In this document: positions 10,302-20,499 of the stretch, in pieces | Numbering within the stretch: position 1 is the stretch's first letter | Layout of the letters: the number at the start of each line of letters is the position of its first letter | Assembly: GCA_963555095.1 (NCBI GenBank) | Contig: CAUVUZ010000001.1 | Location: 1-52,598, forward strand | Source of the DNA: an uncultured Streptococcus sp. | Lineage (GTDB): Bacteria > Bacillota > Bacilli > Lactobacillales > Streptococcaceae | Direction of reading: 5' to 3' | DNA length: 52,598 bases | Notes under the pieces: generated by a model | What the model was told of the DNA's origin: nothing | What the model saw: the letters and a program-made list of their open reading frames with translations, nothing else | Database searches by the model: none | Translations under genes and position numbers: made by a program

Positions 10302-11081
10302 ATGGCAGTTATGAATATTGAGTATTACTCAGAAGTTTTGGATATGGAGTGGGGTGTTACCGTACTCTATCCGGATGCCAGTCGGGTGACTGAACCAGAT
10401 TGTACAGATATTCCTGTCCTTTATCTTTTGCACGGAATGTCAGGAAACCAAAATAGCTGGCTCAAACGTACCAATGTCGAACGCTTGTTGCGCGGGACCA
10501 ATCTCATTGTTATCATGCCCAATACAAATAATGGCTGGTACACAGATACTCAGTATGGCTATAACTACTATACAGCTCTAGCAGAAGAACTCCCCCAAGT
10601 CATGAAACGCTTTTTCCCAAATATGACCAGCAAGCGAGAAAAGACCTTTATAGCAGGTCTGTCCATGGGTGGCTATGGTTCCTTCAAACTCGCTCTAGCA
10701 ACAAATCGTTTTTCTCATGCAGCTAGTTTTTCTGGTGCGCTTAGTTTTCAGGAATTCTCTCCTGAAAGCCAGGATCTGGGATCACTTGCCTACTGGCGAG
10801 GAGTGTTTGGAGAAATCAAAGACTGGACAGCTAGTCCTCATTCGCTTGAAAGTATGGTAGCAAAATCCGATAAAAAGACCAAACTATGGGCTTGGTGTGG
10901 GGAACAAGACTATCTCTACTCTGCCAATAATCTCGCAGTGAAAAACCTCAAAAATCTTGGTTTTGAGGTGACCTATAGTCACAGTCCAGGTAAGCACGAG
11001 TGGTACTACTGGGAAAAACAATTGGAACGTTTTTTAGCTACCTTACCAATTGACTTTGTCTTGGAAGAACGTTTATCTTAG
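10302..11081 (+). CDS. estA: Tributyrin esterase (alpha/beta hydrolase)
   Basis: LLHGMSG, GLSMGG nucleophile elbow, HEWYYW. Confidence 0.88.
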   Translation: MAVMNIEYYSEVLDMEWGVTVLYPDASRVTEPDCTDIPVLYLLHGMSGNQNSWLKRTNVERLLRGTNLIVIMPNTNNGWYTDTQYGYNYYTALAEELPQVMKRFFPNMTSKREKTFIAGLSMGGYGSFKLALATNRFSHAASFSGALSFQEFSPESQDLGSLAYWRGVFGEIKDWTASPHSLESMVAKSDKKTKLWAWCGEQDYLYSANNLAVKNLKNLGFEVTYSHSPGKHEWYYWEKQLERFLATLPIDFVLEERLS

Positions 11082-11184
11082 TTTTAGGTTTCTTTCAGCT
11101 TTCTTCAGTAAAATAGAGAATCTATCTTGATCAAGGAGAATGTGATTTCAAGATAGGTTCTTATTTTTATGAAAGGTGGGGGGT

Positions 11185-11886
11185 ATGTTCTGGATTATTC
11201 GATTATTGTTCCGATTTCTGTTGGGAATTTGGCGTTTCTTCTGGCGTCTGGTTTGGACTGTGGTTATTCTACTTCTCATTGCCTTTGGAGTGCTTTGGTA
11301 TCTGTCTGGTGATTTTCATTCTGCGGTCAATCAGGTTGAAAAAATGAGCCAGATTGGTCAAGATGGCTGGAATCAATGGCAGGAGACGGGAACGCTGGAA
11401 GTCTTATCTCAGACAGACAGTCACCAACATGCAGAAGGCAAGTGGGCTCAGACCTCAGCTCGCATCTATATTGAGCCTCAAATGGATGAGACCTTCCAAG
11501 GTGCCTATGCAGAAGCTATAAAAAACTGGAATCAAACGGGAGCCTTTACCTTTGAGGTGGTTGCGGATCCTAGCCAGGCAGATATTGTGGCAAGTGAGAT
11601 GAATGATGGCTCGACCGCTGTAGCTGGTCAAGCCGAGAGTCAAACCAATTTGTTAACCAAACAATTTATATCTGTAACGGTTCGCCTGAATCACTATTAT
11701 CTATCCAATCCAAACTATGGTTATTCTTATGACCGGATCGTGCACACGGCGGAGCACGAGCTGGGGCATGCCATCGGATTGGATCATACCAACGAGATTT
11801 CTGTCATGCAGCCAGCAGGCTCCTACTATGGAATTCAGCCTCGGGATGTGACAGCTGTTCAAGAACTCTATACCAGTAGCGACTAG
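11185..11886 (+). CDS. Membrane-anchored metzincin (matrixin/M10-M57-like) Zn protease
   Basis: [11 protein letters not shown] plus SVMQP Met-turn; N-terminal hydrophobic anchor; ATG 11185 preferred. Confidence 0.85.
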   Translation: MFWIIRLLFRFLLGIWRFFWRLVWTVVILLLIAFGVLWYLSGDFHSAVNQVEKMSQIGQDGWNQWQETGTLEVLSQTDSHQHAEGKWAQTSARIYIEPQMDETFQGAYAEAIKNWNQTGAFTFEVVADPSQADIVASEMNDGSTAVAGQAESQTNLLTKQFISVTVRLNHYYLSNPNYGYSYDRIVHTAEHELGHAIGLDHTNEISVMQPAGSYYGIQPRDVTAVQELYTSSD

Positions 11887-11987
11887 ATGAAGTCAGTGCA
11901 ATCCGAAATGAAATCAAAGCTCCTCCATCAAGCGGTGGGTGGGGCTTTTTGTTCGTCCTGTTACGGCCTTTTTGCTATAATGGAACT

Positions 11988-13835
11988 ATGAATAACTTAA
12001 TCAAATCAAAACTGGAGCTCTTGCCGACTAGCCCTGGTTGTTACATTCACAAGGATAAAAATGGCACCATTATCTATGTAGGAAAGGCTAAAAATCTGCG
12101 CAATCGCGTGCGGTCCTATTTCCGTGGAAGTCATGATACCAAGACTGAGGCTCTGGTGTCTGAAATTGTGGATTTTGAATTTATCGTCACTGAGTCCAAT
12201 ATTGAGGCACTTCTCCTAGAAATCAACCTCATCAAGGAAAATAAGCCCAAGTACAATATCATGCTCAAGGATGACAAGTCTTATCCCTTCATCAAAATCA
12301 CCAATGAGCGCTATCCTCGTTTAATTATCACCCGTCAGGTCAAAAAGGACGGTGGTCTCTACTTTGGTCCCTATCCAGATGTAGGGGCAGCCAATGAAAT
12401 CAAGCGACTATTGGACCGGATTTTTCCTTTTCGGAAATGTACCAACCCACCCTCTAAAGTCTGTTTTTATTACCATATTGGCCAATGTATGGCTCACACC
12501 ATCTGTAAAAAAGATGAGGCTTATTTCCATTCCATGGCTCAGGAGGTTTCTGATTTCCTAAAAGGACAGGATGACAAAATCATCGATGACCTCAAGGGCA
12601 AGATGGCAAAGGCAGCTCAAAGTATGGAGTTTGAACGTGCAGCGGAATACCGTGACCTGATTCAGGCCATTGGAACGCTTCGGACCAAGCAACGGGTCAT
12701 GGCGAAAGATTTGCAAAATCGGGATGTCTTTGGTTACTATGTGGATAAGGGCTGGATGTGTGTTCAGGTTTTCTTTGTTCGTCAAGGCAAGCTCATTGAG
12801 CGGGATGTCAATCTCTTCCCCTACTACAATGATCCGGATGAGGACTTCTTGACCTATGTGGGACAATTCTATCAAGAAAAATCTCACCTGGTTCCCAATG
12901 AGGTGCTGATTCCGCAGGATATCGATGAAGAAGCCGTTAAGGCTTTGGTGGATACCAAGATTTTCAAGCCCCAGCGTGGAGAGAAAAAGCAACTGGTCAA
13001 TCTAGCCATAAAAAATGCCCGTGTTAGTCTGGAGCAGAAGTTCAATCTGCTAGAAAAATCTGTCGAAAAGACCCAAGGGGCTATTGAAAATCTAGGACGC
13101 TTGCTCCAAATCCCGACCCCAGTTCGTATCGAGTCCTTTGATAATTCGAATATCATGGGAACCAGTCCTGTTTCAGCTATGGTGGTCTTTGTCAATGGTA
13201 AACCGAGTAAAAAAGACTACCGTAAGTACAAGATAAAAACGGTTGTTGGACCAGACGATTATGCCAGTATGCGAGAGGTTATTCGCAGACGTTATAGCCG
13301 AGTTCAGCGTGATGGTTTAACCCCGCCAGATTTGATTGTCATCGATGGGGGACAAGGTCAAGTCAATATCGCAAAGCAAGTCATCCAAGAAGAGCTAGGT
13401 TTGGACATTCCTATTGCTGGGCTTCAAAAAAATGATAAGCACCAAACCCATGAATTGCTCTTTGGAGATCCGCTGGAAGTGGTGGAGTTGTCTCGCAATT
13501 CTCAGGAATTTTTCCTCCTCCAACGCATCCAAGATGAGGTGCACCGCTTTGCTATCACCTTCCACCGCCAACTGCGCTCAAAAAATTCCTTTTCATCTCA
13601 ATTGGATGGGATTGACGGTCTGGGACCTAAACGCAAACAGAATCTCATGAAGCATTTTAAATCTCTCACTAAAATCAAGGAAGCCAGTGTGGATGAAATT
13701 GTCGAAGTTGGTGTGCCAAGGGCAGTCGCAGAAGCTGTTCAGAGAAAGTTGAACCCTCAGGAAGAAGTGGAGTTGGCTCAAGTGGCGGAAGATAGTGTAG
13801 ATTACCAAACAGAAGGAGAGTATCATGAACCATAA
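11988..13835 (+). CDS. uvrC: Excinuclease ABC subunit C
   Basis: GIY-YIG ([14 protein letters not shown]), RNase H-like (ESFDNS, IDGGQGQ), HhH; start ATG 11988. Confidence 0.97.
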   Translation: MNNLIKSKLELLPTSPGCYIHKDKNGTIIYVGKAKNLRNRVRSYFRGSHDTKTEALVSEIVDFEFIVTESNIEALLLEINLIKENKPKYNIMLKDDKSYPFIKITNERYPRLIITRQVKKDGGLYFGPYPDVGAANEIKRLLDRIFPFRKCTNPPSKVCFYYHIGQCMAHTICKKDEAYFHSMAQEVSDFLKGQDDKIIDDLKGKMAKAAQSMEFERAAEYRDLIQAIGTLRTKQRVMAKDLQNRDVFGYYVDKGWMCVQVFFVRQGKLIERDVNLFPYYNDPDEDFLTYVGQFYQEKSHLVPNEVLIPQDIDEEAVKALVDTKIFKPQRGEKKQLVNLAIKNARVSLEQKFNLLEKSVEKTQGAIENLGRLLQIPTPVRIESFDNSNIMGTSPVSAMVVFVNGKPSKKDYRKYKIKTVVGPDDYASMREVIRRRYSRVQRDGLTPPDLIVIDGGQGQVNIAKQVIQEELGLDIPIAGLQKNDKHQTHELLFGDPLEVVELSRNSQEFFLLQRIQDEVHRFAITFHRQLRSKNSFSSQLDGIDGLGPKRKQNLMKHFKSLTKIKEASVDEIVEVGVPRAVAEAVQRKLNPQEEVELAQVAEDSVDYQTEGEYHEP

Positions 13836-13920
13836 AATCGCGATTTTATCAGATATTCATGGTAATGCAACGGCACTAGAAGCAGTGATTACAGAATCTT
13901 TGGCAGATTTAGATAGTTAA
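13825..13920 (+). pseudogene. 5' stub of the metallophosphoesterase gene ([22 protein letters not shown]...*)
   Basis: 31-codon ORF overlapping the uvrC end with a GGAG RBS; first 14 aa identical to 16723..17568. Confidence 0.85.
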
Positions 13921-13928
13921 TATATAAA

Positions 13929-13963
13929 CAAAAGGCCGTAAAAACGGTCTTTTGTGGTATAAT
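13929..13963 (+). promoter_or_regulatory. Terminator hairpin abutting an extended -10 promoter for the islet
   Basis: caaaaggccgt-aaaa-acggtcttttg followed by TGgTATAAT (13955-13963). Confidence 0.75.
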
Positions 13964-13996
13964 GGGAAAGAAGTGAACCAGAATGGAGTGTCAATT

Positions 13997-14974
13997 ATGA
14001 TACCTTTAGAAAAATCAAATCCGTCTGAAGTTTAAAAAATTTGCTTGGAATTATATAAAAAAATGAGTTTTCAAGGTTATCCTGAATTTAAAAATGATTT
14101 AAATAGTTGGGTAGCCAGTAATGTATCAGAGCTAGCAAGTGAAAGGGATGCTTTTCTAAAGATAATGATAGGTGAGTATTCATTTTTAGAGAATCTTAAA
14201 GAATTGTTGGATAATTTCGTAGATGAAGAACCTAGATTAGCAGAGTATCTAAAAAAATCTTATGGAAAGATAGATTCGAGATTAAGGAAGAAATTAATTG
14301 ATTTAAAGAACGTTTCGGTATGCCCGTATTGTAATCGTAATTATATAAACTCAACATATAAAATACTTCATTGTAATAATTGTAATCAAGACTTATTTGT
14401 AATTGATGAGGTTGAAAAAGAATGTCCGGGTTGCAAGCAAGAAATTAGTGGTCAGACTAAAGTAGTAAACACTGCTCAACTAGACCACTTTTTTCCAAAA
14501 GACAGCTATCCACTATTTGCGGTTTCATTTTATAATTTAATTCCTAGTTGTTATAGTTGTAATCATGTGAAATCAAATAAGGATTTAGAATATAGTCCCT
14601 ATGATACTAGTTTTCCATTCGATGATGTAAAGTTTACATACATTCCAAAGTCTGTCGATGAGATTAAAATCAAAATTGTTTCTTGTGATATTAACTTTGA
14701 AAATGGAATTCGTGATTTGGGTATAGAGGAGCTATATCAAAGCCACATTGATGTGGTCAATGAATTGATTTGGAAAAAAGAAGTATATACAGATAGTTAT
14801 AGAGAGGGTTTGTCAGAAATCTTAAATCAAACAAACCTTGAATTGAGCAAGGCTGAGGTGAATCGCTTTATAACAGGTCACTACACAGACAAAGAAAATT
14901 ATGGGAAAAGACCACTTTCAAAAATGGTTACAGATATTAGCAAAGAAATTGGACTAGTAGGAGAAGAAGAATGA
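13997..14974 (+). CDS. HNH endonuclease (PtuB/Septu-like) with extra Zn ribbon; in-frame TAA at 14033-14035, possible pseudogene
   Basis: CPYC...QLDHFFPK.SYP..AVSFYNLIPSCYSCNHVK; GGAG RBS before ATG 13997, in frame with track ORF 14045..14974. Confidence 0.8.
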
Positions 14975-16668
14975 AATTAATTGCTTTGGTGATTAAACAG
15001 TATGATGAGCTTTTTAAGAATCAGATTTTTAATTTTTCAGATGAATATAAAGTAAATTTTGATTTTGAAACGAATGAATTAAAAATTGATAAAAATCCAG
15101 ATTATATTGAAAATTTTTATGGAAGATCAGTTAATAATATTAGTTTAATATCAGGGATAAATGGTAGAGGGAAGTCTAGTATATTAAATATGCTTGTACA
15201 TTATGATGTATTTCAAAATAAGGAAGCTTTTATTGAAGATAAAATATATTGTTTAGTTTTAAAAAGTGAAACAGAATTATATTTTGAGTACGTTTATAAT
15301 TTCTTTGATAGTAGTAAATATAGTCTTTATTTTGATGGTGAGCTGATGACTGGATTTTCTACTTTTATGGAGGGAAAAAACAAAGGGAGTATTAAGAGTT
15401 TTATATATAATTTAGAAAGTAGAGATAGTAGAAAAAATCCAAACATTTCAAGTATTATACTTGGCTTCTTACAAAGTCGTTTTAAAGAAAAACTTAAGAG
15501 GTACAGTGTATATAATAAAAATAAAAATCATCAAACTATTATTAACAGACATTTCACAGAAGCATATCCTAGCGATATTTTTGGAACTTATCAAAATTTG
15601 TATAAGGATGGACTAATTAAATCGGACCTGAAATTAAAATTGGAAATACAACTTGAAAACATAGAAGAGATATTTCCTTATATGAAATATGAGGAATATA
15701 AAAATAAGACAAAAGCCGAACGGTTTGGAGAGTTTGCCGAATTTAAAGAAGACTTTCTTGAGGGACTAGATTTAATAGAAGATGAATCAGTACGTGAAGT
15801 TTGGAGAACTATATATGACTTAAAAAAAGAGCAAAAACTAACAACTGAGTTGGATATTAACAGACAACAAAATTTTTTAATAGCCAATATAGTTTATAGA
15901 TATCAAGAGGAGTTACCTAGATTATTTTTAGAATTTAATAAAAGTTTTAACAAATATTTAGATGATAAAAATCTAAGTCTTAAAAGAAAAAAAAGATTAT
16001 TTTCTGAGATTGCAATTACCATGTCTACTGGAGAAACTAATCTTTTACTTTTAATTAGTGAGATTAAAAGAGTTTTATCTAATAATATTTCCCGTGATCA
16101 CTACATAATTTTAATTGATGAAATAGAGACAGGTATGCACCTCGAATGGTCTAGAAGCTTAATAAACTTTTTAGTCAACTATATAAATGAAATCAACAAA
16201 ATAGGGAGAATGAGCTTCCAACTCATCTTCACAACCCACTCTCCCTATATGTTATCTGATATTAAACCAGGAAATGTGATTATGCTTGAAAAGAATCAAG
16301 AAACTGTATATTCAGAAGGTAAAGTTCTTCAAAACACTTTCGCTAAGAATATACAAGAAATCATGAAGGAAAATTTGATTGATAATATTTATGGTGATTT
16401 TGCCTTAGCGAAGATTAACTCTATGATTGAAAGACTTAATGGGGAAGAGGAGCAGGAAGGAAATGAAGAAGAACTATTAAAAGAAATTCATTTAATCAGC
16501 GAGCCTATTCTTCGTAATAAATTATTAGAGATGTATGATAAGAAATACAATACCTCAGAATTTAGTATTGAAAAACAACTACAGAAGTTGAATCTGAATG
16601 AGGAACAACGCCAGCAGGTCAGAGCAATGATTGAAGAAAATATAAGTAGTGCCAATGCGGATAAATAG
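14971..16668 (+). CDS. ABC-type ATPase (AAA_15/AAA_21, PtuA/Septu-like)
   Basis: Walker A GINGRGKSS, signature MSTGE, Walker B ILIDEIETGMH, H-loop FTTHSPY; ATGA overlap with the HNH gene. Confidence 0.85.
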   Translation: MKLIALVIKQYDELFKNQIFNFSDEYKVNFDFETNELKIDKNPDYIENFYGRSVNNISLISGINGRGKSSILNMLVHYDVFQNKEAFIEDKIYCLVLKSETELYFEYVYNFFDSSKYSLYFDGELMTGFSTFMEGKNKGSIKSFIYNLESRDSRKNPNISSIILGFLQSRFKEKLKRYSVYNKNKNHQTIINRHFTEAYPSDIFGTYQNLYKDGLIKSDLKLKLEIQLENIEEIFPYMKYEEYKNKTKAERFGEFAEFKEDFLEGLDLIEDESVREVWRTIYDLKKEQKLTTELDINRQQNFLIANIVYRYQEELPRLFLEFNKSFNKYLDDKNLSLKRKKRLFSEIAITMSTGETNLLLLISEIKRVLSNNISRDHYIILIDEIETGMHLEWSRSLINFLVNYINEINKIGRMSFQLIFTTHSPYMLSDIKPGNVIMLEKNQETVYSEGKVLQNTFAKNIQEIMKENLIDNIYGDFALAKINSMIERLNGEEEQEGNEEELLKEIHLISEPILRNKLLEMYDKKYNTSEFSIEKQLQKLNLNEEQRQQVRAMIEENISSANADK

Positions 16669-16722
16669 TATTTGTACATAAATTGTTTTAAATAGCAAAA
16701 CCAAAGAATAGGAAGTGTTAAG

Positions 16723-17568
16723 ATGAATCATAAAATCGCAATTCTCTCTGATATACATGGGAATACCACGGCCTTGCAGGCAGTTCTGTCATATGCTAAA
16801 AGACAGGAAGCGACAGAGTATTGGCTTTTGGGAGATATTTTTCTTCCCGGTCCAGGCGCAAATGACTTGGTCGCCCTGCTAAAGGACCTTCCTATCACAG
16901 CGACTGTCCGCGGAAACTGGGATGATTGTGTCCTAGAGGCCTTAGATGGACAATATGGCTTAGAAGACCCACAAGAAGTCCAGCTCTTGCGTATGACGCA
17001 GTATTTGATGGAGCGAATGGATCCTGCAACGATTGTCTGGCTACGAAGCTTACCTTTGCTGGAAAAGAAAGAAGTTGAGGGACTGCGTTTTTCTCTCTCT
17101 CATAATTTACCTGACAAAAATTATGGTGGTGACTTGTCTGTTGGGAATAACACAGATAAATTTGACCAACTCCTAGATGAGGAAACGGACGTGGCAGTTT
17201 ATGGTCATGTCCACAAGCAGTTGCTTCGCTATGGCAGCCAAGGGCAACAAATCATCAATCCAGGTTCGATTGGCATGCCCTATTTTGATTGGGAGGTGTT
17301 AAAAAATCACCGTGCCCAGTATGCCGTGATAGAAGTGGAAGATGGGGAATTGGTAAATATCCTGTTTCGTAAAGTCGCTTATGACTATGAAGCGGAGTTA
17401 GAATTGGCCAAGTCTAAGGACCTTCCTTTTATCGAAATGTATGAAGAACTACGTCGAGATGACAACTATCAGGGGCACAATCTAGAACTCTTAGCTAGTT
17501 TAATTGAAAAGCATGGGTATATAGAGGATGTAAAGACCTATTTTGATTTCTTGCAAAGTGAAAAATAA
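16723..17568 (+). CDS. Metallophosphoesterase family protein
   Basis: SDIHGN, LGDIF, RGNWD, GHVH, NPGSIG motifs. Confidence 0.92.
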   Translation: MNHKIAILSDIHGNTTALQAVLSYAKRQEATEYWLLGDIFLPGPGANDLVALLKDLPITATVRGNWDDCVLEALDGQYGLEDPQEVQLLRMTQYLMERMDPATIVWLRSLPLLEKKEVEGLRFSLSHNLPDKNYGGDLSVGNNTDKFDQLLDEETDVAVYGHVHKQLLRYGSQGQQIINPGSIGMPYFDWEVLKNHRAQYAVIEVEDGELVNILFRKVAYDYEAELELAKSKDLPFIEMYEELRRDDNYQGHNLELLASLIEKHGYIEDVKTYFDFLQSEK

Positions 17569-17660
17569 AGCGGGTAGCCCTTAATTTGAAGTGAGGTTTG
17601 TAGTCGAATCGCTTAGAAAAGAGTCAGACAATAAGGAAGAAAAGATGGCTTAGCTAAAAT

Positions 17661-17689
17661 TTGACATTGAAATTATTTTGTTATACAAT
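17661..17689 (+). promoter_or_regulatory. SigmaA promoter
   Basis: TTGACA-17 nt-TACAAT. Confidence 0.75.
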
Positions 17690-17720
17690 GAACTTAATTC
17701 TTAATAAAAAGGAGAACATT

Positions 17721-18242
17721 ATGAAGAAAATTATTACAGCCAGTATGGCTCTTTTATCTGTTGTTATTTTAGCAGCATGTTCAGGGAAAACAACGTCTGA
17801 CTCTTCGACTAAGACTTCAAGCTCTGTAGAGAAAACTTCTTCAGAGGCTTCATCAACAACGTCTAGTTCAAAGACAGAAAATAATGAGGTTGTTTTGATC
17901 ACCGATGAAGAAATTGACAATGCTAAAACTGTTGGAGATGTGAAGAAAGTCTTTGGTAAACTAGTCGACAATTATAAAAAGCATGCAGTTGAAATTGGGG
18001 AAAAAATTCCAGAGAGTGGAAAAGAAGCATATAACGCCCAAGTTGAACCAGCGCTTAAGTCTATGGAGACTGTAAGAGAGTCATTTAACGAAAGTCTTTC
18101 AAGTATTGGTTCTGATGATACAGTAGTGCCAGAACAAACTCGTACTCTATTTGTTCAACAGTTGAAAACTGGACGTGACACAATGAAGAAAGCGCTGGAA
18201 GCGGCTTATAAAGCAATTGCTCCATACACATCTGGTCAATAA
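17721..18242 (+). CDS. Lipoprotein of unknown function
   Basis: AAGGAG RBS, ATG 17721, lipobox LAAC, Ser/Thr-rich linker, helical domain. Confidence 0.8.
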   Translation: MKKIITASMALLSVVILAACSGKTTSDSSTKTSSSVEKTSSEASSTTSSSKTENNEVVLITDEEIDNAKTVGDVKKVFGKLVDNYKKHAVEIGEKIPESGKEAYNAQVEPALKSMETVRESFNESLSSIGSDDTVVPEQTRTLFVQQLKTGRDTMKKALEAAYKAIAPYTSGQ

Positions 18243-18427
18243 TATAAGAAAGTAGGTGTTCGATCACCTGCTTTTTGATTGCTTCAAATCTAAAGCGATA
18301 CCTACTTAAAGAGCTACAAATAAATAGCAGAGAGTTTGAAAGAAGTACTAACTCTATGAAAAATCTCTGCAAGCTCTTTCAAAATATGGTAGAATGGATG
18401 CAGTAGAATTAGAAAAGGAAATCGATT

Positions 18428-19033
18428 ATGAAATTTCTTGAATTAAATAAAAAACGTCATGCGACCAAGCATTTCACTGATAAACCGGTGGATCCCAAAG
18501 ATGTGCGTACGGCTATCGAAATCGCAACCTTGGCCCCAAGTGCCCACAACAGCCAACCTTGGAAATTTGTGGTAGTTCGTGAGAAAAATGCTGAATTGGC
18601 AAAATTGGCTTATGGTTCGAACTTTGAGCAGGTGTCATCAGCACCTGTAACCATTGCCTTGTTTACCGATACGGACCTTGCCAAACGTGCCCGCAAGATT
18701 GCCCGAGTTGGTGGTGCAAAGAATTTCTCGGAAGAGCAACTTCAATACTTTATGAAGAATTTGCCTGCCGAGTTTGCACGTTACAGTGAGCAACAGGTCA
18801 GCGACTACCTAGCCCTCAATGCAGGTTTGGTTGCTATGAACTTGGTTCTCGCTCTGACAGACCAAGGAATCGGTTCTAATATTATTCTTGGATTTGACAA
18901 ATCAAAAGCCAACGAAGTTTTGGACATCGAAGACCGTTTCCGCCCAGAACTCTTGATTACGGTAGGTTACACAGACGAAAAATTGGAACCAAGCTACCGC
19001 TTGCCAGTAGATGAAATCATCGAGAAAAGATAG
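18428..19033 (+). CDS. Nitroreductase family protein
   Basis: KKRHATKHF, APSAHNSQPWKFVVV. Confidence 0.92.
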   Translation: MKFLELNKKRHATKHFTDKPVDPKDVRTAIEIATLAPSAHNSQPWKFVVVREKNAELAKLAYGSNFEQVSSAPVTIALFTDTDLAKRARKIARVGGAKNFSEEQLQYFMKNLPAEFARYSEQQVSDYLALNAGLVAMNLVLALTDQGIGSNIILGFDKSKANEVLDIEDRFRPELLITVGYTDEKLEPSYRLPVDEIIEKR

Positions 19034-19045
19034 AAGGAAGAAAAA

Positions 19046-20446
19046 ATGACAGCAATTGATTTTACAGCAGAAGTAGAAAAACGCAAAGAAGACCTCTTGG
19101 CTGACTTGTTTAGCCTTTTGGAAATCAACTCAGAACGTGATGACAGCAAAGCCGATGCTGAGCATCCATTTGGACCTGGTCCAGTAAAAGCCTTGGAAAA
19201 ATTCCTTGAAATCGCAGACCGTGACGGCTATCCAACTAAAAATGTTGATAACTACGCAGGACATTTTGAGTTTGGTGAAGGTGAAGAAGTTCTCGGAATC
19301 TTTGCTCACATGGACGTGGTGCCAGCTGGTAGCGGTTGGGACACGGACCCTTATACACCAACTATCAAAGACGGTCGCCTTTATGCGCGTGGAGCTTCAG
19401 ATGACAAGGGGCCTACAACAGCTTGTTATTATGGTTTGAAAATCATCAAAGAATTGGGCCTTCCAACTTCTAAGAAAGTTCGTTTCATTGTCGGAACAGA
19501 CGAAGAATCAGGTTGGGCAGACATGGACTACTACTTTGAGCACGTAGGACTTGCAAAACCAGACTTTGGCTTCTCACCTGACGCTGAATTCCCTATCATC
19601 AATGGTGAAAAAGGAAACATCACTGAATACCTCCACTTTGCAGGTGAAAATACAGGTGCAGCCCGTCTTCACAGCTTCACAGGTGGTTTGCGTGAAAATA
19701 TGGTACCTGAATCAGCGACAGCAGTAGTTTCAGGTGATTTGACTGACTTGCAAGCTAAACTAGATGCCTTTGTTGCAGAGCACAAACTTAGAGGAGAACT
19801 CCAAGAAGAAAACGGTCAGTATAAGGTGACTGTGATTGGTAAATCTGCCCATGGTGCTATGCCTGCCTCAGGTGTCAATGGAGCAACCTACCTTGCTCTC
19901 TTCCTCAGCCAGTTTGACTTTGCAGGACCTGCAAAAGACTACCTCGACATCGCTGGTAAGATTCTCTTGAATGACCATGAGGGTAAAAATCTCAAGGTGG
20001 CTCATGTGGATGAAAAGATGGGTGCCCTTTCTATGAATGCAGGTGTTTTCCGCTTCGATGAAACAAGCGCTGACAATACGATTGCCCTCAACTTCCGTTA
20101 TCCAAAAGGAACAAGTCCAGAGCAGATCAAGTCAATCCTTGAGACCTTGCCAGTTGCTTCTGTTAGCCTTTCTGAACACGGACACACGCCTCACTATGTA
20201 CCGATGGAAGATCCACTTGTGCAAACCTTGTTGAATGTCTATGAAAAACAAACTGGACTTCAAGGTCATGAACAAGTCATCGGTGGTGGTACCTTCGGTC
20301 GCTTGCTAGAACGTGGGGTTGCCTACGGTGCTATGTTCCCAGACTCAATTGACACCATGCACCAAGCCAACGAATTTATCGCCTTGGACGATCTCTTCCG
20401 AGCAGCAGCAATCTATGCTGAAGCTATTTATGAATTGATCAAATAA
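19046..20446 (+). CDS. pepV: Dipeptidase PepV (M20)
   Basis: AHMDVVP, ARGASDDKGP, TDEESG, MHQANE. Confidence 0.93.
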   Translation: MTAIDFTAEVEKRKEDLLADLFSLLEINSERDDSKADAEHPFGPGPVKALEKFLEIADRDGYPTKNVDNYAGHFEFGEGEEVLGIFAHMDVVPAGSGWDTDPYTPTIKDGRLYARGASDDKGPTTACYYGLKIIKELGLPTSKKVRFIVGTDEESGWADMDYYFEHVGLAKPDFGFSPDAEFPIINGEKGNITEYLHFAGENTGAARLHSFTGGLRENMVPESATAVVSGDLTDLQAKLDAFVAEHKLRGELQEENGQYKVTVIGKSAHGAMPASGVNGATYLALFLSQFDFAGPAKDYLDIAGKILLNDHEGKNLKVAHVDEKMGALSMNAGVFRFDETSADNTIALNFRYPKGTSPEQIKSILETLPVASVSLSEHGHTPHYVPMEDPLVQTLLNVYEKQTGLQGHEQVIGGGTFGRLLERGVAYGAMFPDSIDTMHQANEFIALDDLFRAAAIYAEAIYELIK

Positions 20447-20499
20447 AACGATAGAAGTCTGAGATTTTATGCTTGGACTTCTTTTTGGAGGGAAAACAG

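Larger units (their letters stand above)
13890..16722 (+). mobile_element. AT-rich accessory islet carrying HNH + ATPase, no mobility gene
   Basis: Visible compositional shift; flanked by duplicated divergent gene starts; boundaries approximate. Confidence 0.75.

Noticed and set aside
11117..11167. Attenuator upstream of the Zn-protease gene
   Set aside because: The 14-bp hairpin is equally explained as the terminator of the upstream estA transcript; no antiterminator evident
13890..16722. Retron (Ec78-type) or prophage/IS interpretation of the islet
   Set aside because: No reverse transcriptase, integrase or transposase ORF, and no space for an msr-msd region
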